In this document: positions 8,793 to 17,164 of the stretch, piece by piece | How positions within the stretch are numbered: the stretch's first letter is position 1 | How the letters are laid out: every line of letters starts with the position of its first letter | Assembly (NCBI GenBank): GCA_038063995.1 | Contig: JBBTUA010000007.1 | Location: 5,219 to 69,218, forward strand | Source of the DNA: Patescibacteria group bacterium | Lineage (GTDB): Bacteria; Patescibacteriota; Minisyncoccia; 2-02-FULL-40-12 | Length of the DNA: 64,000 bases | Reading direction: 5' to 3' | The notes under the pieces: generated by a model | What the model saw: only the letters and a program-made list of their open reading frames with translations | Told to the model about the DNA's origin: nothing | The model's database searches: none | Program-made: the position numbers and the translations under genes

Positions 8793-9929
8793 TCACCAAC
8801 TTTTAATTTTCAGATTTGGCTCGGCTTTTATTTCTTTCAATTTTTTTGCTCCTTTATTTTTAAATTTGTAGAATCCGGCCAGAGCGATCATCGCTGCATT
8901 GTCGCCGGTATATTGAAAATCCGGCTGGGAGTAGGCGACCCCCATTTTTTTCGCTTCCTTTTCAAGGGTTTTTCTCAAAAGTTTGTTGGCCGAAACTCCT
9001 CCTGAAAGAAAAATTGATTTGGCTTTGAAATTTTTTGCCGCGCTGACCGTTTTTTTAACCAAAACATCTATTACCGCCTGCTGGAATTCGCGGCAGATCT
9101 GATTGATCAGATTTTCGTCCAATTTTATTTTCTTTTCTTCGAATTCTCTCAATTTATAAAGGACCGAGGTCTTAAGTCCGGAAAATGAAAAATTGTAATT
9201 GCCGGAATTGATCATTGGTCTTGGAAATTCAATTTTGATTTTTGATTTTTGATTTTTGATTTTTGCGGCGCGAAGCGACACGACAGGTCCTCCCGGGTAT
9301 CCAAGATTCATCATTTTCGCAACTTTATCAAATGCTTCGCCTGCCGCATCATCCATGGTTTCGCCGATAAGTTTGTATTTTCCGTGATTAGACATCAGTA
9401 CAAGTTGAGTATGTCCGCCTGAAACAATCAGATTTAGGGCCGGAAATATCTTTTTTGAAAATTGTAAATTGGAATTTGAAAATTCTCCAACTGGTTTTAA
9501 CCAGTTGGAGAATATGTGTCCTTCCAAATGATTTACTGGAATAAAAGGTTTATTCCAAAGTTTGGCAATATCTTCGGCAAAGTGTATTCCTTTCCATAAG
9601 GCGATTTCAAGGCCCGGGCCTTGGGTTACGGCAACCAAGTCTATATCTGCCATTTTTGTTTTCGCTTTGACTAGGGCTTTTTTGAAAACCGGCGCCAAAT
9701 TTTTTTCGTGTTCTCTCGCGGCTAAAGAAGGAACAACTCCGCCAAAAGGAGAATGGATTTTTATTTGGGATGAAACAATGTTGCTTAAAACTTTTATTGT
9801 TTCTTGCCCTTCCGAAGCTTTACTGTGTCCCTCCGTAGCCTTTGGCGAAGGAGGACGCGAAGGAGGGTTTTCTTTAAGCACTGCGACTGAAGTCTCGTCG
9901 CAAGATGTTTCGATTCCGAGGATAAACAT
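8793..9929 (-). CDS. tsaD: tRNA t6A threonylcarbamoyltransferase TsaD
   Basis: ILGIETSCDET, HLEGH, SGGHT, DNAAMIA. Confidence 0.95.
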   Translation of the reverse strand: MFILGIETSCDETSVAVLKENPPSRPPSPKATEGHSKASEGQETIKVLSNIVSSQIKIHSPFGGVVPSLAAREHEKNLAPVFKKALVKAKTKMADIDLVAVTQGPGLEIALWKGIHFAEDIAKLWNKPFIPVNHLEGHIFSNWLKPVGEFSNSNLQFSKKIFPALNLIVSGGHTQLVLMSNHGKYKLIGETMDDAAGEAFDKVAKMMNLGYPGGPVVSLRAAKIKNQKSKIKIEFPRPMINSGNYNFSFSGLKTSVLYKLREFEEKKIKLDENLINQICREFQQAVIDVLVKKTVSAAKNFKAKSIFLSGGVSANKLLRKTLEKEAKKMGVAYSQPDFQYTGDNAAMIALAGFYKFKNKGAKKLKEIKAEPNLKIKSW

Positions 9930-10024
9930 GGTTTAGATTCTATCATTTTATCTTTAATTATCAACTTTTTAGTATTGAACTCGCGATATTTATTTGTTAG
10001 CATATAATCATTAGTTTATATTAC

Positions 10025-10096
10025 GGCCCCATCGTCTAACAGTTAGGACAGCTTTCTTTCAAGAAGCAAATAGGGGTGCGACTCCCCTTGGGGCTG
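10025..10096 (+). tRNA. tRNA-Glu(TTC)
   Basis: acceptor GGCCCCA/TGGGGCT, anticodon arm GCTTT-CTTTCAA-GAAGC, atypical T-loop GTGCGAC. Confidence 0.8.
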
Positions 10097-10097
10097 C

Positions 10098-10784
10098 ATG
10101 AATCCTAGGAAAGATTATCAAACGGCTTTAGCACTTCGTTTAGAAGGGAAAACTTACGGAGAGATAAGGTCTATTTTTGGAATCCCAAAATCTACTCTTA
10201 GTGTTTGGTTTTCTAAATTAAAGGTTGGCAAAAAAGCTCAAAAGATTCTTGAGTCAAAAAGAAAGAATGGCTATTTCAAATTAGTCGAATTTAATAAAAT
10301 TAGGACACTAAATATTAAAGAAGAGAATGAGACAATTAGGAAAGATTATGAATCTAAAATTAGTAGATTAAGCAACCGAGAACTAATGATACTTGGAGCC
10401 GCTTTATACTGGGGAGAAGGTTATAAAAATTTCAAACTTAAAAAAGGGTACTACCCGTATGTTTGTTTTGGTAATTCTGATCCCTTAATGGTAAAAGTAT
10501 TTATAAGTTTTCTAGAAAGAATTCTAAAAATTGATAGAGACGAAATTAAATGCCAGATTATGATTTATCCAAGCATTAATCCTTCAGAAGCACTTAAATA
10601 TTGGCAGAATACTACAAAAATTCCAATTGAAAATTTTAGAACACAAATGACCGTTAGTCGTGCGAGTCAAGGGAAAAGGCCATGGAATCTGCTTCCATAC
10701 GGAACTCTACAAATGCGTCTTAATAAACGACAAAATTTTTTCAAAATTAAAGGTTTAATTGATGGTGTTATAAAAGGAGTTTAA
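10098..10784 (+). CDS. HTH plus LAGLIDADG-like domain protein (tRNA-adjacent)
   Basis: N-terminal HTH (GKTYGEI..IPKSTLSVW), then ALYWGEG.K...FGNSDP..F..FL. Confidence 0.65.
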   Translation: MNPRKDYQTALALRLEGKTYGEIRSIFGIPKSTLSVWFSKLKVGKKAQKILESKRKNGYFKLVEFNKIRTLNIKEENETIRKDYESKISRLSNRELMILGAALYWGEGYKNFKLKKGYYPYVCFGNSDPLMVKVFISFLERILKIDRDEIKCQIMIYPSINPSEALKYWQNTTKIPIENFRTQMTVSRASQGKRPWNLLPYGTLQMRLNKRQNFFKIKGLIDGVIKGV

Positions 10785-10909
10785 TAAGTACTTTAAAATT
10801 CTATCTGTTGATAACTTACTCAATTTATTGCGATATAATAATTATAAGTGTCGCCCTCTTGGCGAATGGTCGAGAAATCTAATTAATTAAAATTTTTTAT
10901 ACAAATTTT

Positions 10910-11086
10910 ATGGCTAAACTTACTTATGCTCTGGTAATTATTGGAAGCCTTAACTGGGGGCTGGTAGGACTGGCTGGCTATGACGTGGTGGCTGCTATAT
11001 TTGGTGATGCAAGCGCAGTTTCAAGAGTTATTTATGTTTTGGTTGGATTGAGCGCCCTTTGGATGCTTTTCTCCGGCCGGAAATAG
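10910..11086 (+). CDS. DUF378 family small membrane protein (not in ORF track)
   Basis: MAKLTYALVIIGSLNWGLVGLAGYDVVAAIFG...IYVLVGLSALW, 58 aa. Confidence 0.85.
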   Translation: MAKLTYALVIIGSLNWGLVGLAGYDVVAAIFGDASAVSRVIYVLVGLSALWMLFSGRK

Positions 11087-11100
11087 TAAGAGCAGTTCTA

Positions 11101-11137
11101 AAATAAAACAGCCCATAAACTTAGGGCTGTTTTATTT
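11101..11137. terminator. bidirectional terminator
   Basis: AAATAAAACAGCCC...GGGCTGTTTTATTT between convergent genes. Confidence 0.75.
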
Positions 11138-11479
11138 TGCAGTTTCGACTACTTTTTTGAAAACTTCCGGATACCCTTCAGCGAGTTCGGCCAATACCTT
11201 TCTGTCTAATTGAATATTGGCCCTTTTTAAATTATTGATGAATTTGCTGTAATTGATATCGCCGTTCATTCTTGTCGCTGCGTTAATTTTGATCTGCCAC
11301 AGTCTTCGCATATTTCTTTTCTTTTGCTTGCGGCCGATAAAGGCGTTGCGCCAAGCATGATAAAGGGCTTCTTTGGCCGCCCGATACTTTGATTTTCTGG
11401 ACCATTTAAAACCCTTGGCTGCTTTAAGCAGTTTTTTCCTTCTTTTATTTGCAATTGTCCCCCGCTTGACTCTGGTCAT
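11132..11479 (-). CDS. rplT: 50S ribosomal protein L20
   Basis: MTRVKRG...RRLWQIKINAA...LDRKVLAELA. Confidence 0.96.
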   Translation of the reverse strand: MTRVKRGTIANKRRKKLLKAAKGFKWSRKSKYRAAKEALYHAWRNAFIGRKQKKRNMRRLWQIKINAATRMNGDINYSKFINNLKRANIQLDRKVLAELAEGYPEVFKKVVETAK

Positions 11480-11670
11480 GGCAGTAGCTGTTTCACCGCT
11501 TTTTCATCGGATTTGGCTATCAAAAATTCTTTGCGGTCCTTTCTGCTTTTTTTGCTAGATTCTTTGGCTTCAAAGTGATTCATTTTTGTGCTGCGTCTCA
11601 ATAACTTTCCCGTGCCAGTCACTTTAATGCGCTTAACCATCGCTTTTTTCGGTCTAAAGCCTTTTGACAT
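11476..11670 (-). CDS. rpmI: 50S ribosomal protein L35
   Basis: KRIKVTGTGKLLRR; infC-rpmI-rplT order. Confidence 0.92.
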   Translation of the reverse strand: MSKGFRPKKAMVKRIKVTGTGKLLRRSTKMNHFEAKESSKKSRKDRKEFLIAKSDEKAVKQLLP

Positions 11671-12211
11671 TTCTTTTTACTATTATATTCAAACTTCGTC
11701 CCTGCGATTTTATCTGGCTTTCCGGTTCAAACGGCTCTTTTATGAATTCTAGAAATTTTTTTATCTTTTCTCTTCCTAGGTCTTTCATCACCATTTGCCG
11801 CCCTCTTAATTGAAGCTCGATCTGAACTTTATCCCCTTTCTTTAAAAACTCGTCTATCTTTTTTGATTTGATCTCCAGATCGTGTTCGCCCGTGGTCAAG
11901 CCTATTTTTATGGTCTTTACTTCGGTCTTTGCTCCTTTGGCTTTTTTTCTTTCGCTTTTTTCCCTTTCATAAAGCCATTTGCCGTAATCCATTATCTTGG
12001 CAATCGGCGGGTTTTGCTGGGGAGCGATCTCAACCAGGGTAAGATTTTTTTCTTGGGCCATTCTTATGGCTTCTGCCGTATTTAAAACGCCGAGCTTTTG
12101 ACCGTTCTCATCGATTACTAAAACTTGAGGCGCTTTAATTTGATAATTTGATCGGGGTCGCCTGAAGATAGCCAATGGATTCAGTTTAGCACCGGATCGT
12201 GGAATATTCAA
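11654..12211 (-). CDS. infC: translation initiation factor IF-3 (start probably non-canonical, downstream of track start)
   Basis: LVEIAP...PIAKIMDYGK, HDLEIK, LRGRQ. Confidence 0.92.
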   Translation of the reverse strand: MNIPRSGAKLNPLAIFRRPRSNYQIKAPQVLVIDENGQKLGVLNTAEAIRMAQEKNLTLVEIAPQQNPPIAKIMDYGKWLYEREKSERKKAKGAKTEVKTIKIGLTTGEHDLEIKSKKIDEFLKKGDKVQIELQLRGRQMVMKDLGREKIKKFLEFIKEPFEPESQIKSQGRSLNIIVKRNVKRL

Positions 12212-12277
12212 GCAACTTTGCCCATTCGCAATATTCGTGGTATAGTTAAATTAGCTATTTTGAAAGGGGGTGATTTG

Positions 12278-12580
12278 ATGGCAACCGGATTTTACAAAGC
12301 ACAGTTTTTTGTTCCTGATCGCGTGCTTATTGAAGAAGTAGATTTGGTTGTCTGGGTCGTTGAGTACGAGATAGAATACTATTTCAAAAACGGTGCTCTG
12401 TTCGATATTCCTTCAAAAAAAGAGGCTCTCGAACAGAAATACGGATTGCCCGTTTATGTGAAATTGGTTGCGGTTCCAAAAGTCAGAATCGCTCCAGTTT
12501 CTCAAGTTCAGACCCAGGTTCGTCGCCGCCCCTGGCTTGGTTCGATGATCCATCGAATCAGCACTTTCTTTAATTTCTGA
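12278..12580 (+). CDS. hypothetical protein
   Basis: ORF with strong SD AAGGGGGTGA before ATG 12278. Confidence 0.55.
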   Translation: MATGFYKAQFFVPDRVLIEEVDLVVWVVEYEIEYYFKNGALFDIPSKKEALEQKYGLPVYVKLVAVPKVRIAPVSQVQTQVRRRPWLGSMIHRISTFFNF

Positions 12581-12650
12581 AGCCGCCGCGTTCTCCGTGA
12601 GAACTTGGCGGCTTTTGCGTTTTTATAGCTTAGCTGATTTAATTATTTTA

Positions 12651-13094
12651 ATGACATACGCCGAAAACAGAAAAGCTTGGCATGATTATGAGATCATTGA
12701 AACTTTTGAAGCCGGAATAGTTCTTGAAGGACACGAGGTAAAATCGGTGAAGACCGGAAAAATATCTATTGCAGGCTCGTATATTAAAATTTCAGACGGA
12801 GAGGTTTTTTTAGTTGGTTCAACTATTTCTCCCTACCAACCGAAAAACACGCCCAAAGATTATGATTCCCAGCGAAACAGAAAACTGCTTTTGAACAAAA
12901 AAGAAATAGATGGTTTGATTGGCAAGTCAAAAGAGAAAGGATTGACAGTCGTGCCTTTAAAGGCGTATAATAAGAAAGGTAGAATCAAGATTGAGATAGG
13001 GTTGGCTAAAGCAAGAAAGAAAAGAGATAAAAGAGACGTCATAAAGAAAAAGGAAGAGCAAAGAAAGATCGAAAGAACGCTTAAACAGTATTAA
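12651..13094 (+). CDS. smpB: SsrA-binding protein SmpB
   Basis: ENRKAWHDY..EAGIVLEGHEVKS, RKLLL, adjacent tmRNA. Confidence 0.96.
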   Translation: MTYAENRKAWHDYEIIETFEAGIVLEGHEVKSVKTGKISIAGSYIKISDGEVFLVGSTISPYQPKNTPKDYDSQRNRKLLLNKKEIDGLIGKSKEKGLTVVPLKAYNKKGRIKIEIGLAKARKKRDKRDVIKKKEEQRKIERTLKQY

Positions 13095-13123
13095 CTCGAT
13101 ATTTCGATATATCATTAAATTGC

Positions 13124-13474
13124 GGGGGTGCAAGTTTCGACGGAACTTTCAAAAGAAAAATTGCTGGTTGTGCATGGCTGTAATCACATAAAAAGTTCAG
13201 CCAACAAATAGGTGCAAACTATAAACCTGCACTTGCTTACGCCTAAAAGCGCGTAGGCCGCTTTATCTGCAATGTTCTCGGTAGCAGAATAGAGCGTCAG
13301 ACACCGAGAGAACAAACAGGAGTTTATGCCTAATAAGCTCTTGAGCACCTTTTATTCAGTTAGGCGCTCGGAGATTTTGTCGGCTTTTGACTCCGGGCTT
13401 AAACAAACCGGCTACATCAGCTAAACATTTTTCTGGCGATTTTCCCGGACGGGGGTCCAATCTCCCCACCTCCA
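13124..13474 (+). ncRNA. ssrA: tmRNA, tag (A)ANYKPALAYA
   Basis: 5' GGGGGTG..TTCGAC, tag ORF 13214-13246, 3' GACGGGGGTCCAATCTCCCCACCTCCA, directly after smpB. Confidence 0.9.
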
Positions 13475-13952
13475 CTTCTACGCTAAAGCTTCGAAGTGCA
13501 CGGCACTGAGAAGGTTTACAAAACTCCAAAATTATTTGGAGTTTTGTTTTTGCGTAGAAGTGCCCTGCGTAGCTTTATGCGAAGCAGGGCTTACCTTATA
13601 ATTCAGTTGTGTATTACATCTATATCCTCCAAAGTAAAAAAGACAAAAGTTTCTATACTGGTTTTACAGAGGACCTAAATAAAAGAATCAAAGACCATAA
13701 CTGGTATACTGCTTCGCTAAAGCTACGCAGTACAAGTGAAGTCAGATACACCAGAAGCAAAGCACCATTTGAGTTAGTCTGGTATTGTGCTTTCAAGAGC
13801 AAAAAGAAAGCTCTTGATTTTGAAAAATACTTGAAACAAGGTTCGGGCTTTGCTTTTGCAAGAAAAAGATTAACCTAAAGCGGCGAGGCGCTCGTGCTGC
13901 GTAGCGAAGCCACTTCGCAGAGCAGCGAGAGGCAAAGCCAATCTCCCCACCT
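13457..13952. mobile_element. small insert at tmRNA 3' end bounded by 15-bp direct repeats
   Basis: CCAATCTCCCCACCT at 13457-13471 and 13938-13952, enclosing a GIY-YIG gene and four hairpin repeats. Confidence 0.7.
13609..13878 (+). CDS. GIY-YIG nuclease (UPF0213-like) with in-frame hairpin insertion
   Basis: YYIYILQS..FYTGFTEDLNKRIKDHN...ALDFEKYLKQGSG. Confidence 0.85.
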   Translation: MYYIYILQSKKDKSFYTGFTEDLNKRIKDHNWYTASLKLRSTSEVRYTRSKAPFELVWYCAFKSKKKALDFEKYLKQGSGFAFARKRLT

Positions 13953-14020
13953 GATTTCTTACCAAATAAGCGTATAATTCTGCCACCAGAGTTTTCCTCT
14001 CCTACGATGCTTACTCCGTT

Positions 14021-14788
14021 TTAAAAAAATCTGTTAATAAACTCCTCGTAGAACTGAAGTCTGCTAAAATAGCCTATTAAGAAACTAAATACAGAAGAAA
14101 ATTGATTACTGACCAGCAAAAATCCAAGAGCAATTAAGAAAACGCCCGCGATTTTATTTACAGTGTTTATTATTCCACTCCAACGGCTAAAAGCAGTAAA
14201 GGCCTTGCCTATAAGAAGAGCAGTTAATAGAAATGGGATAGCCAAGCCTATAGAAAAAACAATCAGTAAGAAAGTGCCTTGGACTATGGTGGCCGAATTT
14301 GCAGCAAGAAGCAGGATCGAACCCAATAATGGCCCGACGCAAGGCGACCAGCCAAGAGCAAAAAGAGCTCCGATTCCAAATGAATTAACTCTGCTTGCCG
14401 ATTCTAAAAGTTTGGGGACTCTGATTTGCTTTTCGGTATTTAAAAAACCTATTTTAAGCCAGCCCAATAAGAATAATCCGAATAATATAATTAAAACGCC
14501 GCCAATTCTCTGAATTAAAAGGCGGATTACCGCAATTTTCCCTAAAAATGAAAAAGATATTCCAAATAGAACGAAAATCAAGGAGAACCCCAAGACATAA
14601 AAAAGGGCATTAGAAAATATCCGCCACCGATAATTTTTAAGCTTTTCTATATTGTTTAAATCCGCACCTCTGACTCCGGAAATCACTCCTAAAAAAGCCG
14701 GGACGAGCGGCAAGGTGCAGGGCGCAAAAAAGGTGAGTACACCGGCGATAAAGGATGAAATAATTAAGGCTAAACCAAATTCAATCAT
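14021..14788 (-). CDS. ccdA: cytochrome c biogenesis/disulfide reductant CcdA
   Basis: FFAPCTLPLVP and GWSPCVGPLL. Confidence 0.9.
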   Translation of the reverse strand: MIEFGLALIISSFIAGVLTFFAPCTLPLVPAFLGVISGVRGADLNNIEKLKNYRWRIFSNALFYVLGFSLIFVLFGISFSFLGKIAVIRLLIQRIGGVLIILFGLFLLGWLKIGFLNTEKQIRVPKLLESASRVNSFGIGALFALGWSPCVGPLLGSILLLAANSATIVQGTFLLIVFSIGLAIPFLLTALLIGKAFTAFSRWSGIINTVNKIAGVFLIALGFLLVSNQFSSVFSFLIGYFSRLQFYEEFINRFF

Positions 14789-14789
14789 A

Positions 14790-15335
14790 TTAGAGGATTT
14801 TTTGAACTTTTCCTTCTAGTTCTTGTTCAGTCAACGGACCCAATTTAATATCTCTGATTACTCCGTTTTTATCTATAAATAAGCTGTAAGGCATCGCAAA
14901 GCCGCCGTACTCCTTATATATAGAATCCTTTTTATCTAAAAGAAGAATCATTTTATTGGTAACGCCAACTTTGTCAGAAAATTCATTAGCCGTTTCAAGA
15001 CTTTCACCCCTATTAACAGCTATGGTTTCGTATTGCGCTGCATATTTTTCTTGTACTCTCGCCATTAACGGCATTTCGTCAACGCAGAATGGACACCAGG
15101 AAGCCCAGAAATTCACAAAAACTCCTTTTTGTCCTTTGAAGTCTGAAAGCGATACGGTTTTACCGGTATAGTCAGTTAACTGAAAATTCGGAGCAATGTT
15201 GCCTATCTTAGTTCCTATTTTTAGCTGTGAATCACTGGTTTGGTCTAAATCCGCAGATTCTTTACTGTTCAAACCAAAAATCAAAATCAAAACTCCAGCC
15301 GTGATTAAAAATAGTATAATAAGCAGCTTTTTCAT
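14790..15335 (-). CDS. TlpA/ResA-like thioredoxin
   Basis: VNFWASWCPFC, N-terminal anchor. Confidence 0.9.
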   Translation of the reverse strand: MKKLLIILFLITAGVLILIFGLNSKESADLDQTSDSQLKIGTKIGNIAPNFQLTDYTGKTVSLSDFKGQKGVFVNFWASWCPFCVDEMPLMARVQEKYAAQYETIAVNRGESLETANEFSDKVGVTNKMILLLDKKDSIYKEYGGFAMPYSLFIDKNGVIRDIKLGPLTEQELEGKVQKIL

Positions 15336-15347
15336 ATTTTTCTTATT

Positions 15348-15731
15348 CTAAAAAAGCTGATAACTTCCTCCGCCGGTAAAAAATATTGCCGCATTCGCCG
15401 CTAATAAAATCAGATCAAATTCCCAACCGGTTTTATCTGTAGCTGAAAACCCGGTTTGCCATTTAGCCGTTTTGAAATAAATTGCTCCAAGCATAACAAT
15501 ACCCAGCAATATAGAAGCTGATTGCATATTGAAACCTAAAATCAAGGCAAGGCTTGAAAGTGTTTCAACTATACCCAGGACGAAGATCGCACCCCCGGGC
15601 ATACCCATCATTTGACCCATCATTTTGGCTTTCATCAGTTTAGGCAGGCCGTGATACAAAAAAACAACAGCCACGACCAAACGCAAGATGAATAGGCCGA
15701 GATCGGCATTTATCAAAGCTGATAGACCCAT
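15348..15731 (-). CDS. DoxX family membrane protein
   Basis: LRLVVAVVFLYHGLPK, GWEFDLILL. Confidence 0.85.
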   Translation of the reverse strand: MGLSALINADLGLFILRLVVAVVFLYHGLPKLMKAKMMGQMMGMPGGAIFVLGIVETLSSLALILGFNMQSASILLGIVMLGAIYFKTAKWQTGFSATDKTGWEFDLILLAANAAIFFTGGGSYQLF

Positions 15732-15809
15732 TTTTATTTAATTAAGAAAGAGATTTTCTGTTTTGGTTTTTCAACCCAGAAATTACCCCGTTCTTAATTC
15801 GTTAACGAC

Positions 15810-16790
15810 TTACTTGAAAAGTTCGGTTTCAGGATGAACCGCCAGCCAGCTAAACCAAAATCCTCCGATATACGGCAGGGGTTCGCGTTTAGCGCCGATA
15901 AACATCCGCACCTCGCCTTCTATTTTCTTTTGAATAAAAATTTGTTCGCCATTAAATATATCTTTTGTCTCGCCAATAGTTATGGCGCTTGAGTGATATG
16001 CTTTATATTTCCCTTTTACCTGAATGCCCAAGATAAATTCTTTCGGGTGTAGTCGATTATCGTTAAAAGAAGCGCCAAAAGAGACATTATTCGAAGTGTA
16101 GTAGTCTCCATATGGGTCATAACCGTAATTTCTGATAATTCCGGTATCTTTGGAAAGAACTTTGGTATTAGGATGGAGTTTTTTCCAGTCTTTATATCTA
16201 ATTATATCTGATGGCAGGATTCTTAATTTAGTTCCGGTAAATTCACCAACAATAGCTTCGCCTAATACTTGGGACCAAAGTGATTCATTTTTGGGATCAT
16301 CTGTCCGGTTATACATAACCAGATTTGATTTCCAGAGTTTGCCGGAAGTGCCAAACTCTACCGTTTGTCCTTCTAATTTTCTTTCAAAAACGATACCGGT
16401 TAAACAAAGAGGGCAATGAGTAATTAATACTGGCTGGCTACCTACTGTATCATTAACTATTTCATGCCAGACTAATATCTGGTAAGGATAAAATCGACAG
16501 TCTTGCCCCGAGCCTGTCGAGGGGTCGTTTCCTACGCACAATCCCGTGCCCGTTTCTTCGTTATTTAAAAATCCATCCGCTTCCTCAATGGATAAAAATT
16601 TGGGATTATCAATGGAGGGGATCCCGTCTTTAGGCGGACCGCCGGATATAATTTCATCCAAAGGAACCGAATGCTTTACTCCGTCAGTTATAAAAGTTTT
16701 TTTATCGGATAAAATTGAATTGGAATCAACAGACATAAAGTAAATTCCAACTGCTACTGCGATAAGAGTTATTGGAATAATCCATTTCAT
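15810..16790 (-). CDS. DUF3179 domain protein
   Basis: GGPPKDGIPSIDNPKF, WHEIVND, CPLC, SNLVMY, FWFSW. Confidence 0.85.
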   Translation of the reverse strand: MKWIIPITLIAVAVGIYFMSVDSNSILSDKKTFITDGVKHSVPLDEIISGGPPKDGIPSIDNPKFLSIEEADGFLNNEETGTGLCVGNDPSTGSGQDCRFYPYQILVWHEIVNDTVGSQPVLITHCPLCLTGIVFERKLEGQTVEFGTSGKLWKSNLVMYNRTDDPKNESLWSQVLGEAIVGEFTGTKLRILPSDIIRYKDWKKLHPNTKVLSKDTGIIRNYGYDPYGDYYTSNNVSFGASFNDNRLHPKEFILGIQVKGKYKAYHSSAITIGETKDIFNGEQIFIQKKIEGEVRMFIGAKREPLPYIGGFWFSWLAVHPETELFK

Positions 16791-16809
16791 TAAATTAGGG
16801 TACGGAATT

Positions 16810-17160
16810 TTACTTTCTATACAAATAATACAGCGCAAGCGGAGCGCCCCAGTTAGTCCAGCGTTCAAAGAAATCCCAGACAGGGTCAGGGCCGAGGGGC
16901 CAACGGATTAAAGCCGTCCACAGCCCCCAAAAAGCCATCCAAAGGATCAATGGCCTGATTGGTTTTACTAAAACCGTTATTGCGAGAGCAATGTCTATTA
17001 TTCCTACTATGAGCAGTAATGTTGCTATCGTTTCCGGATTCGTGATGCCGAACGGCTCAAAATATTTAAACCATCCTTCTTTTCCCTGAAGCGCAAAAAT
17101 GCCATGCCCCAAGAACTCGCCAAAGACCGCAACGCGCAAAATCCATATTATTTTATTCAT
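16810..17160 (-). CDS. DoxX-like membrane protein
   Basis: LRVAVFGEFLGHG, FFERWTNWGAPL. Confidence 0.65.
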   Translation of the reverse strand: MNKIIWILRVAVFGEFLGHGIFALQGKEGWFKYFEPFGITNPETIATLLLIVGIIDIALAITVLVKPIRPLILWMAFWGLWTALIRWPLGPDPVWDFFERWTNWGAPLALYYLYRK

Positions 17161-17164
17161 AGTT

